A DNA stretch of 64,000 bases, from positions 1,242 through 65,241 of the forward strand of contig JAZDOA010000156.1 of the NCBI GenBank assembly GCA_043799175.1, read 5' to 3'. The number at the start of each line of letters is the position of its first letter. Position 1 is the stretch's first letter. A program made the position numbers and the translations under genes. Under the pieces are notes generated by a model. It worked only from the letters and a program-made list of their open reading frames with translations. It made no database searches and was not told the origin of the DNA. Shown in pieces: positions 10,349-19,661 of the stretch. Source of the stretch: Pseudomonadota bacterium. GTDB taxonomy: Bacteria; Desulfobacterota; JAZDOA01.

Positions 10349-11656
10349 ATGGTTGACATAAGCAGATTTGGGGTGAAGGTGCCGGAACAGCCCGACCTTC
10401 CCAAACTCAAGAGTATTCTCGGGGCTCAGAATCACGCCCGGATGAAAATGTGGTTGGAAATCTGTACCCGTTGCGGCATGTGCGCGGACTCCTGCTTCTT
10501 TTATCTGGCGCACGACCGCAAACCGGAGTTCGCCCCGGCCTGGAAGGTCCAGCCACTGCGGAAGCTCTACCGCACGGGGGGCGAGGCCACGCGGGAAGTC
10601 CTGGAGGAGATGTTTCAACGCTCCTTCGCGGAGTGTACGGCCTGCCGCCGCTGCTCCCAGTACTGCCCGTTCGGAATTGACATCGCGACCATGGTCAGCG
10701 TTCAGCGGGCCATGCTGACGGCCCTCGATATGACCCCTTCAGGGCTTAAAATCTCCTGTGAGAACTATCTGACCCACGGGAACCAGATGGCGGTCACCGA
10801 GGAAGACTGGGTCGAGACCTGCATCTGGATGGAAGAGGAGACGGCGGCCGAGCTGCCGGGCCTTAAGATCCCCATGGACAAGAAGGGCGCCCGCATCATG
10901 TACACGGTCAACGCCCGGGAGCCCAAGTTCTATCCTCAGGACATCGCCATGGCGGCCAAGGTCTTTCACCTGGTCGGCGAGGACTGGACGATGCCCTCGA
11001 CTGGCTGGGATGACACCAACCTGGCCATGTTCGCGGGGCACCCAAAGGCCGCTGCCCGCGTGACCAAGCTGCTTTACGACAAGGCCGTGGAGTTGGGGGT
11101 CGAGGCCATAGCAATCACCGAATGCGGCCACGCGTACCGTTCGGTGGCCTTCGAGGGACCCTACTTCCTGGGCCTTCCGGGCGGGAAGCCGCCGGTCCCG
11201 GTCATCCACTCGGTGCAGCTCTTCTATGAGTATGTCCGCGACGGAAGGCTGAAGCTGGACAAGACCAAGATCACCGATCCCGTGACGTATCAGGACCCCT
11301 GCAACGTCTCGCGCAACGGCGGTCTCTGTGAGGAGCCTCGCTTCATACTGGATCAGCTCGTCACCAATTTTGTGGACATGCAGCCCAACCGCGAACACAA
11401 CTTCTGCTGTGGCGGCGGCGGCGGCTTTATTCCCATGGGGCCGCCCTTCAGGCGGCTGCGAATGGAATCCGGCAAGATTAAGGCCGAGCAGATTCGCGAG
11501 ACTGGGGCCAAGATCGCCTGCGTGCCGTGTCATAACTGCTATGACCAGATCGGCGATCTCAACAAGGAGTACAAACTCGGCATCAAGGTGGAGTCCTTCA
11601 AGGAGCTGTTCGAGAAGGCCGCCATCGTGCCCGAGCATATGAAACCCAAGGAATAG
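10349..11656 (+). CDS. HdrD-like iron-sulfur CCG-domain protein (TmcB/HmcF/DsrK-like)
   Basis: CxxCxxCxxxCP motifs (CTRCGMCADSC and CTACRRCSQYCP) plus Cys-rich CCG-type motifs (FCCGGGGG and CVPCHNC); 435 aa. Confidence 0.75.
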   Translation: MVDISRFGVKVPEQPDLPKLKSILGAQNHARMKMWLEICTRCGMCADSCFFYLAHDRKPEFAPAWKVQPLRKLYRTGGEATREVLEEMFQRSFAECTACRRCSQYCPFGIDIATMVSVQRAMLTALDMTPSGLKISCENYLTHGNQMAVTEEDWVETCIWMEEETAAELPGLKIPMDKKGARIMYTVNAREPKFYPQDIAMAAKVFHLVGEDWTMPSTGWDDTNLAMFAGHPKAAARVTKLLYDKAVELGVEAIAITECGHAYRSVAFEGPYFLGLPGGKPPVPVIHSVQLFYEYVRDGRLKLDKTKITDPVTYQDPCNVSRNGGLCEEPRFILDQLVTNFVDMQPNREHNFCCGGGGGFIPMGPPFRRLRMESGKIKAEQIRETGAKIACVPCHNCYDQIGDLNKEYKLGIKVESFKELFEKAAIVPEHMKPKE

Positions 11657-11686
11657 GGCGCGGAGCCAGCCGAAGGAGACGACACA

Positions 11687-12094
11687 ATGGGAAAAAAGGT
11701 CTATATAGCTCTCGCCGCGCTTGCGCTGACCGTAGGTTTTTTTTGGAGCGCGGTCGTCATGGCTCAGGGACATGTGACGCTGAGCCTGGCCGCGCAAGGA
11801 CTCAGCGAACGGGCGCCCGTCGAATTCGATCACGAGTCGCACCTCGCGGCTCTGGGAGACGAGTCATGCGGCCAGTGTCACCACGCGCTGCACGGCGGCG
11901 GGTTGGGCTACGAGCCCGGCGATGAAGAAAAGGCCTGCGCGGATTGCCACAAGGTGGAGGCCGTGGGCAAACGTCCAGCACTCATGCGGGCCTATCATTC
12001 CAATTGCGAGGGTTGCCACGCCAGGGACCGGAAGTCTTACAAAGAGACCGGGCCGGTCACCTGCGGCGGCTGCCACGTGAGGGCAACGCACTAA
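11687..12094 (+). CDS. Periplasmic tetraheme cytochrome c3-like protein (TmcA-like)
   Basis: N-terminal signal/anchor, four CxxCH motifs (CGQCHH, CADCH, CEGCH and CGGCH); 135 aa. Confidence 0.75.
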   Translation: MGKKVYIALAALALTVGFFWSAVVMAQGHVTLSLAAQGLSERAPVEFDHESHLAALGDESCGQCHHALHGGGLGYEPGDEEKACADCHKVEAVGKRPALMRAYHSNCEGCHARDRKSYKETGPVTCGGCHVRATH

Positions 12095-12116
12095 GGATGT
12101 CAAAACAAGGAGTTGA

Positions 12117-12377
12117 GTGAAAATGGCTGGTCATGACCATCACGGGCCGGTACATCCGCCTGACGGTCTCCTGCGGGATCCCTTTCAGAAGCCAAGGCCC
12201 ATAGAGCAGGAGATGTCCCAGGCGAACCAGATTACTCTCATGGACGACATGACCGACGTCATCAAGGACGGGTCGCGCTGGAAGCTTCAGAACAGCATGC
12301 TGGAGCTTCTGGTCATGATGATGATATGGCTTTCGGAGTTCACGATCTTCATCGCTCTTTCCCAAAGCTATCGTTAG
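12117..12377 (+). CDS. Small hypothetical protein with His-rich N-terminus and hydrophobic C-terminus
   Basis: 86-aa ORF starting 22 nt after the cytochrome c gene (MKMAGHDHHGPVHPP...) with C-terminal TM-like segment LLVMMMIWLSEFTIFIAL; no recognisable family. Confidence 0.4.
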   Translation: MKMAGHDHHGPVHPPDGLLRDPFQKPRPIEQEMSQANQITLMDDMTDVIKDGSRWKLQNSMLELLVMMMIWLSEFTIFIALSQSYR

Positions 12378-12396
12378 CTTTGGTTTCAATATGAGA

Positions 12397-12430
12397 ACGG
12401 GGCGGCCTTCGGGCCGCCCTTTGCTTTTTC
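12397..12430. terminator. Bidirectional rho-independent terminator between convergent genes
   Basis: Perfect 8-bp GC stem GGGCGGCC-TTCG-GGCCGCCC followed by TTTGCTTTTT; T-rich on the opposite strand too. Sits between the small + gene and era (-). Confidence 0.7.
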
Positions 12431-12460
12431 TGGGGCGCTGGCCAGTTGAAAAATGGCCTG

Positions 12461-13360
12461 TTAGCGTTTGCCGGGTTCCAGGCCCAGTTCATTAAGCGCG
12501 CGCGGGCTGCCGCGCCAGTCCTTCCGCACCCGGACCCAGAGCTGCAGAAAGACCTTGACGCCCAGCAGGGCCTCGATGTCCCACCTGGCCTCGCTGCCGA
12601 TGCGTTTTAGCATTCGCCCGCCTTCGCCGATGATAATACCCTTCTGGGAGTCCCGCTCCACCAGGATGGTCGCATGGATGCGAACCAGGCCCTCTTCCTC
12701 CCGCCATTCTTCAATGTCCACCGCCGTGGCGTAGGGTATCTCCTTGGCGGTGAGGCGGAAGATCTTCTCCCGCACCATCTCGGCCGCGAGGAAGCGCTCG
12801 GTGACGTCGGTGTGGAGGTCTGGGGGAAAGAGTTCGGGGCCTTCCGGAAGCAGGGGAGGGATTTCGGCGAGCAGGGGGTCGAGACCGTCGCCGGTAAGGG
12901 CGCAGATGGGCACCACGGCGACAAACTCCATGGCCTTTCGGTAATGGTCGATGAGAGGCAGCAGATCCTCCTTGGGGACGAGGTCTATCTTATTGATGGC
13001 CAGAACCACCGGCTTCCGGCGCGAGGCGAGGGCCGCGAGAACGGGTTCCGACTGCGTCTTGGCCTCGCGGTGAGTGTCTGTCATGAGCAGGACGGCATCG
13101 GTTTCGTCCATGGCCTGGAGGGCCATGCGTACCAGGTTGCGGTTGAGGCGGCTGTGAGCGTGGTGTATCCCCGGAGTGTCGACAAATATCGCCTGGTAGC
13201 CGGGCGTGGTGATGATGCCCCTGATTCGGTTGCGGGTGGTCTGGGGCTTGGGGCTGGTTATGGCGACTTTCTCCCCCAGGACGCGGTTGAGGAAGGTTGA
13301 TTTGCCCACGTTGGGGGCGCCGGCTATGGTGATGAAACCCGAACGATGTTTTTTTTCCAT
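12461..13360 (-). CDS. era: GTPase Era
   Basis: G1 GAPNVGKST, G3 DTPG and G4 NKID motifs plus a C-terminal KH domain; 299 aa. Confidence 0.95.
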   Translation of the reverse strand: MEKKHRSGFITIAGAPNVGKSTFLNRVLGEKVAITSPKPQTTRNRIRGIITTPGYQAIFVDTPGIHHAHSRLNRNLVRMALQAMDETDAVLLMTDTHREAKTQSEPVLAALASRRKPVVLAINKIDLVPKEDLLPLIDHYRKAMEFVAVVPICALTGDGLDPLLAEIPPLLPEGPELFPPDLHTDVTERFLAAEMVREKIFRLTAKEIPYATAVDIEEWREEEGLVRIHATILVERDSQKGIIIGEGGRMLKRIGSEARWDIEALLGVKVFLQLWVRVRKDWRGSPRALNELGLEPGKR

Positions 13361-13363
13361 AAT

Positions 13364-14368
13364 TCATGTGCTCCTGATGACGGCCGACCCTCGGGCCACG
13401 CGACGGGAGGCGCTGATGGAGAGAGCGCGCAGACTAAGGGTGGCTGCCAAAACCTTCAGGTTGTCTCGGTCGTGGCCGAGGGCGTCGGAGAGATCCTCGG
13501 GCGCCACCTCGACCGCCAAGGCGGCCGCGGGGCCGTGAGGGGCCAGTTGGGCGGCGAGCCGCCTTCGCCAGAGGGCCGAGCGCACGAGCTGCCCCAGGGC
13601 CGGATGATATGGCCCGGCCAGTACGGCCTCTTCCAGCCCAGGGGAGCACGGCAGGCCGACGCGGGCGAGCCGGATACCTCGGGGCTGAAAAATTTCGGCG
13701 GCCGCGCGGCACCAGTCCACGGCCTCATCCAGCGCCAGGGGGTGGTAGCGGTCTTGCCTCCAGAGCTTGGCCAAGGCGGTTCCGGTCAGTACCAGGGTAG
13801 GGTAGAGGCGGACAAGCTTCGGCTCCAGCTCCGCGGCGGCGCGGCAGGATGCCAGAAAGCCTTCCTTGTCCTCTCCGGGCAGGCCGCACATGAGCTGTAG
13901 TCCCAGCTCCAGGCCGGCCTGGTTGATCAGCCGGGCGGCGGACCGGACGGCCTCGGCCCCATGGCCCCGCCGGGCGGTGGCAAGCACCGCGTCGTCAAAG
14001 GACTGCGCGCCCAACTCGACCGTCCGTACCCCCTCCAGCCGGGAGAGCACGGCCGGTGAGACGGCGTCGGGCCGGGTTGAGAGCCGCATGGAGTCGATCT
14101 GGCCTCGGTCCATATAGGCTCGGCCGACCGCCAGCAGCCGCTCCTGGGCGGGCACGGGCAGAAGGGTGAAGGTGCCGCCGTAGAAGGCGAGTTGGCGGGG
14201 ACGGCGGTCCGGCTTGGCCGAGGCGAGATAGACGCTTACGACCTGCTGGATCTCCTCGGCCGAAGGCAGCCTCCTGGGCGCTCCGGATATCGCCCCCTGG
14301 TCACAGAAGATGCACTGGTGGGGGCAGCCGAGGCCCGGTATGAAAACGGGAATGACCAGTGGTTTCAT
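13364..14368 (-). CDS. Radical SAM domain protein (rnc-linked family)
   Basis: True start is MKPLVIPVFIPGLGCPHQCIFC (CxxxCxxC) at 14368, overlapping the rnc stop. The 584-aa ORF in the track is an artefactual 5' extension across rnc in another frame. Confidence 0.75.
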   Translation of the reverse strand: MKPLVIPVFIPGLGCPHQCIFCDQGAISGAPRRLPSAEEIQQVVSVYLASAKPDRRPRQLAFYGGTFTLLPVPAQERLLAVGRAYMDRGQIDSMRLSTRPDAVSPAVLSRLEGVRTVELGAQSFDDAVLATARRGHGAEAVRSAARLINQAGLELGLQLMCGLPGEDKEGFLASCRAAAELEPKLVRLYPTLVLTGTALAKLWRQDRYHPLALDEAVDWCRAAAEIFQPRGIRLARVGLPCSPGLEEAVLAGPYHPALGQLVRSALWRRRLAAQLAPHGPAAALAVEVAPEDLSDALGHDRDNLKVLAATLSLRALSISASRRVARGSAVIRST

Positions 14369-15069
14369 GGTGTTTTCTCTGCCGCCGCGGCCCGCTCTTC
14401 GGACAGAATGGCAAAGGCGTCTTTGGCGGCCTGGGTCTCCGCCTCTTTCTTGCTCCTGCCCTCGCCGGTGGCCAGTACGCGGTCGCCAACCCGGACCGCC
14501 ACCCGAAAGGTCTTGCGATGGGGCGGACCCGTCTCCCCCTCGGCCACGTAATGAGGTGACATGCGGCAGCAGGCTTGGCAGAGTTCCTGGAACGCCGTCT
14601 TGTGGTCCGTGGGGGACTGGGGCAGGGGGGTGAACTGCCGTTTGACCATGGCCAGGGCCGCCTCGAAGCCGGCGTCGAGATAGATCGCGCCCAGCAGGGC
14701 CTCGTAGGTCCCGGCCAGTAGCGAGGCCTTCTTGCGTCCGCCGCCTGTTTCTTCTCCGCGGCCCAGGCGGAGGAGGGAACCCAGATCGAGCTGGATGGCC
14801 AGGCCTTCCAGTGCCCGCTCGTTGACCACCGCCGCCCGCATTTTCGACAACTGGCCCGGTCCGTGGGCGGGATACAGCTCTATGAGCAGGTGGCCCACGG
14901 CCAACCCAAGCACGGCATCTCCCAGAAACTCCAGGGATTCGTTGTCTGGGCCGAGGTGGGGGTTCTCGTGAACGAACGAGCTGTGCGTCAGTGCCCGCAG
15001 CAGCAGATCCTGGTTTAAGAACTCGAATTGCAGGGTTCTCTGCATCTCCTCGGGGCTGGTAGGTGTCAC
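14365..15069 (-). CDS. rnc: Ribonuclease III
   Basis: RNase III signature (ERLEFLGDAV-like: ESLEFLGDAVLGL) plus a dsRBD C-terminus; 234 aa. Confidence 0.95.
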   Translation of the reverse strand: MTPTSPEEMQRTLQFEFLNQDLLLRALTHSSFVHENPHLGPDNESLEFLGDAVLGLAVGHLLIELYPAHGPGQLSKMRAAVVNERALEGLAIQLDLGSLLRLGRGEETGGGRKKASLLAGTYEALLGAIYLDAGFEAALAMVKRQFTPLPQSPTDHKTAFQELCQACCRMSPHYVAEGETGPPHRKTFRVAVRVGDRVLATGEGRSKKEAETQAAKDAFAILSEERAAAAEKTP

Positions 15070-15285
15070 GCTTCCTCCGGGACGAGGCGGCCGCTGCCGC
15101 CGTCCGCCGACCAGACAATTAAAGCGCTTCGCTTTTGAGAGGTCAAGCCGGTTGATTTTGTTTACTTGTGCCCGCTGGTTTGCTACGTTCTACAGCTAAT
15201 TCTGATACTGGGGTAATTCCGGTATTCGGCTGCTCCCGATTATTGGGCTGACTCCAATGTGTTTGTTCGTTTGCTGGAGGCGGCG

Positions 15286-16086
15286 ATGGCATGCCAAAAA
15301 AACATGTCGCCCGCGAAGGCGGGCGTGACGGCCCTCAACTATTTATCCGATCGCCTGTTCGAGATCAAACTTTTCTCGCCCGTGGTGGCCTCGGCCGCCA
15401 GGCCGGGGCAGTTTGTCATCCTGCAGGCAACGGCGCGCTCAAGCCGGGTCTCTCTGCCTCTGGCGGGCATAAGTCCCGAGGAGCAGACCATCAGCGTCGT
15501 AATGAGCAGGAGCACGGCGGGGGCGGGCAGCCTCGCGGTTCTGGAGGTCGGGGGCGAGTTGAATGCCCTGATGGGCCCTATCGGGGAACCGTCAGCCATT
15601 CAAGAAGGGGCAGCCTCGGTGCTGCTGGTTGGCGACGGGGCGGAGGCCTTCGGGCTGGCGCCGGTGGCGCGGGCACTAGTGGCCGGGGGCAGCCGTTTGT
15701 CGGGCCTGCTGGCCGGAGATCCGACCGATGCCAGAATACTTGCCGAGCGTCTTGGTTGCGCCGGGTCGTGCAAAACAATCCTTGGTGACGCTCCGCCTCT
15801 CGAGGCGTTGGCCCGACAGATAGACCACGTCGCCCCTGCGCTGATACTGGCCGCCGGGTCCACTCCATTGCTGCGGGCGGTGCAACAGGCGAGCAAGGAA
15901 AAGGGCGTGGCTGCCCGGCTTCGCCTGAACCCACCCATGCTCGACGGCATCGGGATGTGTGGCGGCTGCCGGCTGAAAATCGGCGGCAGACTGGCCTTCT
16001 GCTGCCTGGAAGGGCCGGAGTTCGAGGCCGCGGCCGTTGATTTCGACTACCTCGAAAGGCGGGAGCGCGCCGGGCGCGTTGCCTGA
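15286..16086 (+). CDS. nfnA: NfnA/SudB/PyrK-like FAD/NAD(P)-binding electron-transfer subunit with C-terminal [2Fe-2S]
   Basis: PyrK-like fold with the C-terminal Cys cluster CGGCRLKIGG...FCCLEGPEF; likely ATG at 15286 preceded by GGAGG (the ORF track starts at a GTG at 15259). Confidence 0.7.
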   Translation: MACQKNMSPAKAGVTALNYLSDRLFEIKLFSPVVASAARPGQFVILQATARSSRVSLPLAGISPEEQTISVVMSRSTAGAGSLAVLEVGGELNALMGPIGEPSAIQEGAASVLLVGDGAEAFGLAPVARALVAGGSRLSGLLAGDPTDARILAERLGCAGSCKTILGDAPPLEALARQIDHVAPALILAAGSTPLLRAVQQASKEKGVAARLRLNPPMLDGIGMCGGCRLKIGGRLAFCCLEGPEFEAAAVDFDYLERRERAGRVA

Positions 16087-16121
16087 AAACAGACCTGACT
16101 TCAGAAGAAACCTGGTAATCC

Positions 16122-17558
16122 ATGGCCATGCCCGAAGCTACGACAAAAAAACCCAAAAATGAGCGCCTGCCGCGACAGGCGATGCCTGAGCAGGACGTCG
16201 GGGTCCGCATACGCAATTTTGACGAGGTTCCGCTGGGCTATTCCGAGGAACTGGCCCAGGCCGAGGCCAGCCGCTGCCTGCGGTGCAAGAAGCCCAGTTG
16301 CATCAAGGGATGCCCGGTCGGCAACCAGATCCCGGCGTTCATCAGCCTGATCCGGGAACGCGACTACCTGGGGGCGATAGCCAAGATTCGGGAAACGAAC
16401 AACCTTCCGGCCGTGTGCGGCAGGGTGTGTCCTCAAGAGGTTCAGTGCGAGGGTCATTGCCGTCTGGGAAAGGTTGACGAGCCCGTGGCCATCGGGCGGC
16501 TGGAAAGATTCGTCGCCGATTATGAACGCTCCCGTGGGAGCAGGATCGTTCCTCGGCCGGAGTCGGCCACCGGGCGTCGGGTGGCCGTGGTGGGAGCGGG
16601 TCCCGCCGGGCTTACGGCGGCCGAAGACCTGGCCCGCGCCGGCCACGACGTCACGGTCTTCGAGGCCATGACCGCGGGGGGCGGGGTGCTGGCCTACGGC
16701 ATACCGGAGTTCTGCCTGCCCAAGGCCATCGTCCGGGCGGAAATAGACTACCTGATGGAACTGGGGGTCCGGTTCGAATACAGCATCCTGATCGGCAAGA
16801 CGCTCTCCGCCGAGTCGCTGGTTCGGGAGGGGCGTTTCCAGGCCGTCTTCCTTGGCATGGGGGCGGGCGTGCCTGGCTTCATGCGCATCTCCGGCGAAGA
16901 GCTGGGTGGCGTGCTCAGTGCCAACGAGTACCTCTTCCGGGCCAATTTCATGAGGGCCGATCGCCACCCGGAGCACGAGACCAGGGTGGTGAGAGGCAGG
17001 CGGGTGGCGGTCATCGGCGGGGGCGACGTGGCCGTGGATGCCGCCCGGCTGGCCTTCCGCCTGGGGGCCGAGGAAGTCACCATCGTCTATCGGCGCTCCG
17101 AGAAAGAAATGCCCGCCCGCAGGGACGAGATACACCATGCCCGCGCCGAGGGCACCAATATCCTTTTCCTCACCACCCCCGTGCGCTATCTGGCCGACGA
17201 CGCCGGCAGGGTGAGGGCCATGGAGTGCATCCGCATGGCCCTTGGCGAGTGCGATGCCTCGGGCCGGGCCCGGCCCTGCCCGGTCGCTGGCTCGGAGTTC
17301 CAGCTTCCGGTGGACGTCGTCGTGGTGGCCATCGGAACGGTGGCAAGCCCCCTGCTGGCCCGGCTGGTTCCAGCCATGGCGGTCAACCGGCGCGGCCTCG
17401 TCATTGCCGATCCCGAAACGGGTGCCACCTCCCGGCCAGGCTTCTATGCCGCCGGCGACGTGGTCACCGGCCCGAAGACCGTGGCCGCGGCCATGGCCGG
17501 AGGCAAAAGGAGCGCGCTTGCCATGCACGCTTACCTCATGCACGAGAGAGGCTACTGA
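16122..17558 (+). CDS. nfnB: NfnB/SudA/GltD-like NADPH-dependent FAD oxidoreductase (glutamate synthase small-subunit family)
   Basis: N-terminal 2x[4Fe-4S] region (CLRCKKPSCIKGCPV...CGRVCPQE) followed by two Rossmann GxGxxG motifs (VAVVGAGPAG and VAVIGGGDVAVD); 478 aa. Confidence 0.8.
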   Translation: MAMPEATTKKPKNERLPRQAMPEQDVGVRIRNFDEVPLGYSEELAQAEASRCLRCKKPSCIKGCPVGNQIPAFISLIRERDYLGAIAKIRETNNLPAVCGRVCPQEVQCEGHCRLGKVDEPVAIGRLERFVADYERSRGSRIVPRPESATGRRVAVVGAGPAGLTAAEDLARAGHDVTVFEAMTAGGGVLAYGIPEFCLPKAIVRAEIDYLMELGVRFEYSILIGKTLSAESLVREGRFQAVFLGMGAGVPGFMRISGEELGGVLSANEYLFRANFMRADRHPEHETRVVRGRRVAVIGGGDVAVDAARLAFRLGAEEVTIVYRRSEKEMPARRDEIHHARAEGTNILFLTTPVRYLADDAGRVRAMECIRMALGECDASGRARPCPVAGSEFQLPVDVVVVAIGTVASPLLARLVPAMAVNRRGLVIADPETGATSRPGFYAAGDVVTGPKTVAAAMAGGKRSALAMHAYLMHERGY

Positions 17559-19661
17559 GTGCTCGATCATTTCTTCTCGCCCTCCTCGATCGCCGTGATC
17601 GGCGCCTCCCGCACCCCTGGCAAGGTGGGCCATGACCTGCTCAAGAACATGGTCAACTTCGGCTTCGGCGGTGCCATCTATCCAGTTAACCCCACCACCG
17701 ACGAGGTGCTGGGGCTCAAGTGTTACCCCAGTGTTCTAGACATTACCGACCCCGTGGACCTGGCGGTCGTGGTGGTGCCGCCTTCGGCGGTCATGGCGGC
17801 CATAGAGCAATGCGGGGAGAAGCGGATAGACTCGGTGGTGGTCATTACCGCCGGCTTCAAGGAGACTGGAACCGAAGGCGCCCGGCTGGAGCGAGAACTC
17901 CTCAAGGTGGCTCGCAGTTACGGGGTTCGCATCCTGGGGCCCAATTGCGTGGGGCTGATAGACAGCCACACCCGGGTCAACGCCTCCTTCGCCTCGGGTA
18001 CCCCGCTGCCCGGCGGCATCGGGTTCTTCTCCCAGTCCGGGGCACTGTGCATCGCCATACTGGACTGGGCGCTGGGGGCCAACATCGGCTTCAGTAAGTT
18101 TGTCAGCCTGGGCAACAAGGCGGACATCAACGAGACGGATTTGATCCAGGCCCTGGCCGAAGACGATGACACCAAGGTCATACTTGGCTACCTGGAGGGC
18201 ATCACCGACGGCAAGCGCTTCATGGCCGTGGCCAAAGACGTGGTGCCGCGCAAGCCGATCATCATCATCAAGAGCGGGGTGACCACCGCCGGTGCCAAGG
18301 CCGCGTCATCCCATACCGGTGCCCTGGCCGGATCCGACCGGGCCTTCGAGGCCGCCTTCAGGCAGACGGGGGTCATCCGGGCCAAATCCGTGGCCGAGCT
18401 GTTCAACTACGCCCTGGCCTTCGCCAATCAGCCACTTCCCCAGGGGCCGAACCTGGCCATACTTACCAACTCCGGCGGTCCGGGAATAATAGCCGCCGAC
18501 GCCGCCGACCGCACGGATCTGGAGTTGGTGACCCTGCAGAAGAAGACCACCGACGCGCTACGCGCTTTTCTGCCCAAGATGGCCTCTTTCTACAACCCGG
18601 TGGATATCTTGGGCGACGCCCCGGCGGAGCGGTACCGGCGCGCCCTGGATCTCGTCGTCGCCGACGAGAAAGTGGACTCGGTCCTGGTGCTCCTCACGCC
18701 CACGGCGGTGGTTGACGTCAAGGCGGTGGCGACGGGCGTGGCCGAGGTGGCCAAGACGAGCATCAAACCGATTTTCGCCTCGTTCATGGGTGGGGTAGGG
18801 GTAGCCGAGGGGCGGCGCATTCTGCGCGACAGCGGCGTGCCCAGCTACGACTATCCTGAAGACGCCGTCGCCTCCCTCAACACCATGCTTAAGCAACAGA
18901 GGTGGCTCAACCGCACCCCGGACTTTTATCCGCGCCTCGAGGTCGGCCGGGAGCGGGTGGCCCAGATAATGGCCGAGGCGCGCAACGATGGCCGCATGCG
19001 CCTGAGCGAGCAGGAGGCCCATGAGGTACTGAAGGCCTACGGCTTCCGCCTGCCCCGCGAGGAGATGGCCCGCACCACCGAGGAGGCGGTCGCGGCCGCC
19101 GAGCGCATCGGCTACCCCGTGGTAATGAAGCTCATCTCGCCTCAGGTCGTTCACAAGTCCGACGTGGGGGGCGTGGTGGCCAATGTGCGCAATGCCGATG
19201 ACGTCCGCAATGCCTTCTTCGAGATGACCTCCAACGCCCAACGCATGGTCTCCGAAAAACTCTTTATCGCGGGAGTGCTGGTGCAGGAGATGATCCGGGG
19301 CGGCAAGGAGGTAATCCTGGGCCTCAGCCGCGACATGCAGTTCGGGCCGATGGTCATGTTCGGCCTCGGGGGCATATACGTCGAGGTACTCAAGGACGTC
19401 TCTTTCCGCATAGCACCGGTGTCGCGGGAGGAGGCTGACAAAATGATGCGCGAGATAGGCGCCTTTCCCCTCCTGCGGGGGGTGCGGGGGGAGCCGCCGG
19501 TAGACTTTCCGGCGCTGCGCGAGGCGCTGCTGCGGCTCTCCCAGCTCGCGGTGGACTTTCCGGAAATAATCGAGGCCGATATCAACCCACTCCTGGTTCT
19601 CGGTCCCGGCCAAGGGACAGTGGCCGCCGACGCCAGATTCACCATTACGGGAGAGGGATAG
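17559..19661 (+). CDS. Acetyl/acyl-CoA synthetase (ADP/NDP-forming), fused alpha-beta
   Basis: N-terminal CoA-binding domain (SIAVIGASRTPGKVG), succinyl-CoA-synthetase-like ligase domains and a C-terminal ATP-grasp; 700 aa. GTG start overlaps the nfnB stop. Confidence 0.8.
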   Translation: MLDHFFSPSSIAVIGASRTPGKVGHDLLKNMVNFGFGGAIYPVNPTTDEVLGLKCYPSVLDITDPVDLAVVVVPPSAVMAAIEQCGEKRIDSVVVITAGFKETGTEGARLERELLKVARSYGVRILGPNCVGLIDSHTRVNASFASGTPLPGGIGFFSQSGALCIAILDWALGANIGFSKFVSLGNKADINETDLIQALAEDDDTKVILGYLEGITDGKRFMAVAKDVVPRKPIIIIKSGVTTAGAKAASSHTGALAGSDRAFEAAFRQTGVIRAKSVAELFNYALAFANQPLPQGPNLAILTNSGGPGIIAADAADRTDLELVTLQKKTTDALRAFLPKMASFYNPVDILGDAPAERYRRALDLVVADEKVDSVLVLLTPTAVVDVKAVATGVAEVAKTSIKPIFASFMGGVGVAEGRRILRDSGVPSYDYPEDAVASLNTMLKQQRWLNRTPDFYPRLEVGRERVAQIMAEARNDGRMRLSEQEAHEVLKAYGFRLPREEMARTTEEAVAAAERIGYPVVMKLISPQVVHKSDVGGVVANVRNADDVRNAFFEMTSNAQRMVSEKLFIAGVLVQEMIRGGKEVILGLSRDMQFGPMVMFGLGGIYVEVLKDVSFRIAPVSREEADKMMREIGAFPLLRGVRGEPPVDFPALREALLRLSQLAVDFPEIIEADINPLLVLGPGQGTVAADARFTITGEG

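Noticed and set aside
13364-15118. 584-aa minus-strand ORF spanning the radical-SAM gene and rnc
   Set aside because: Its N-terminal 250 aa are an out-of-frame read through rnc (Arg/Gly/Pro junk). The real radical-SAM gene starts at MKPLVIPV (14368) and rnc occupies its own frame at 14365-15069.
16101-17633. 510-aa minus-strand ORF antisense to nfnB
   Set aside because: Antisense to a motif-rich GltD-like gene; Gly/His/Ala-rich translation without motifs.
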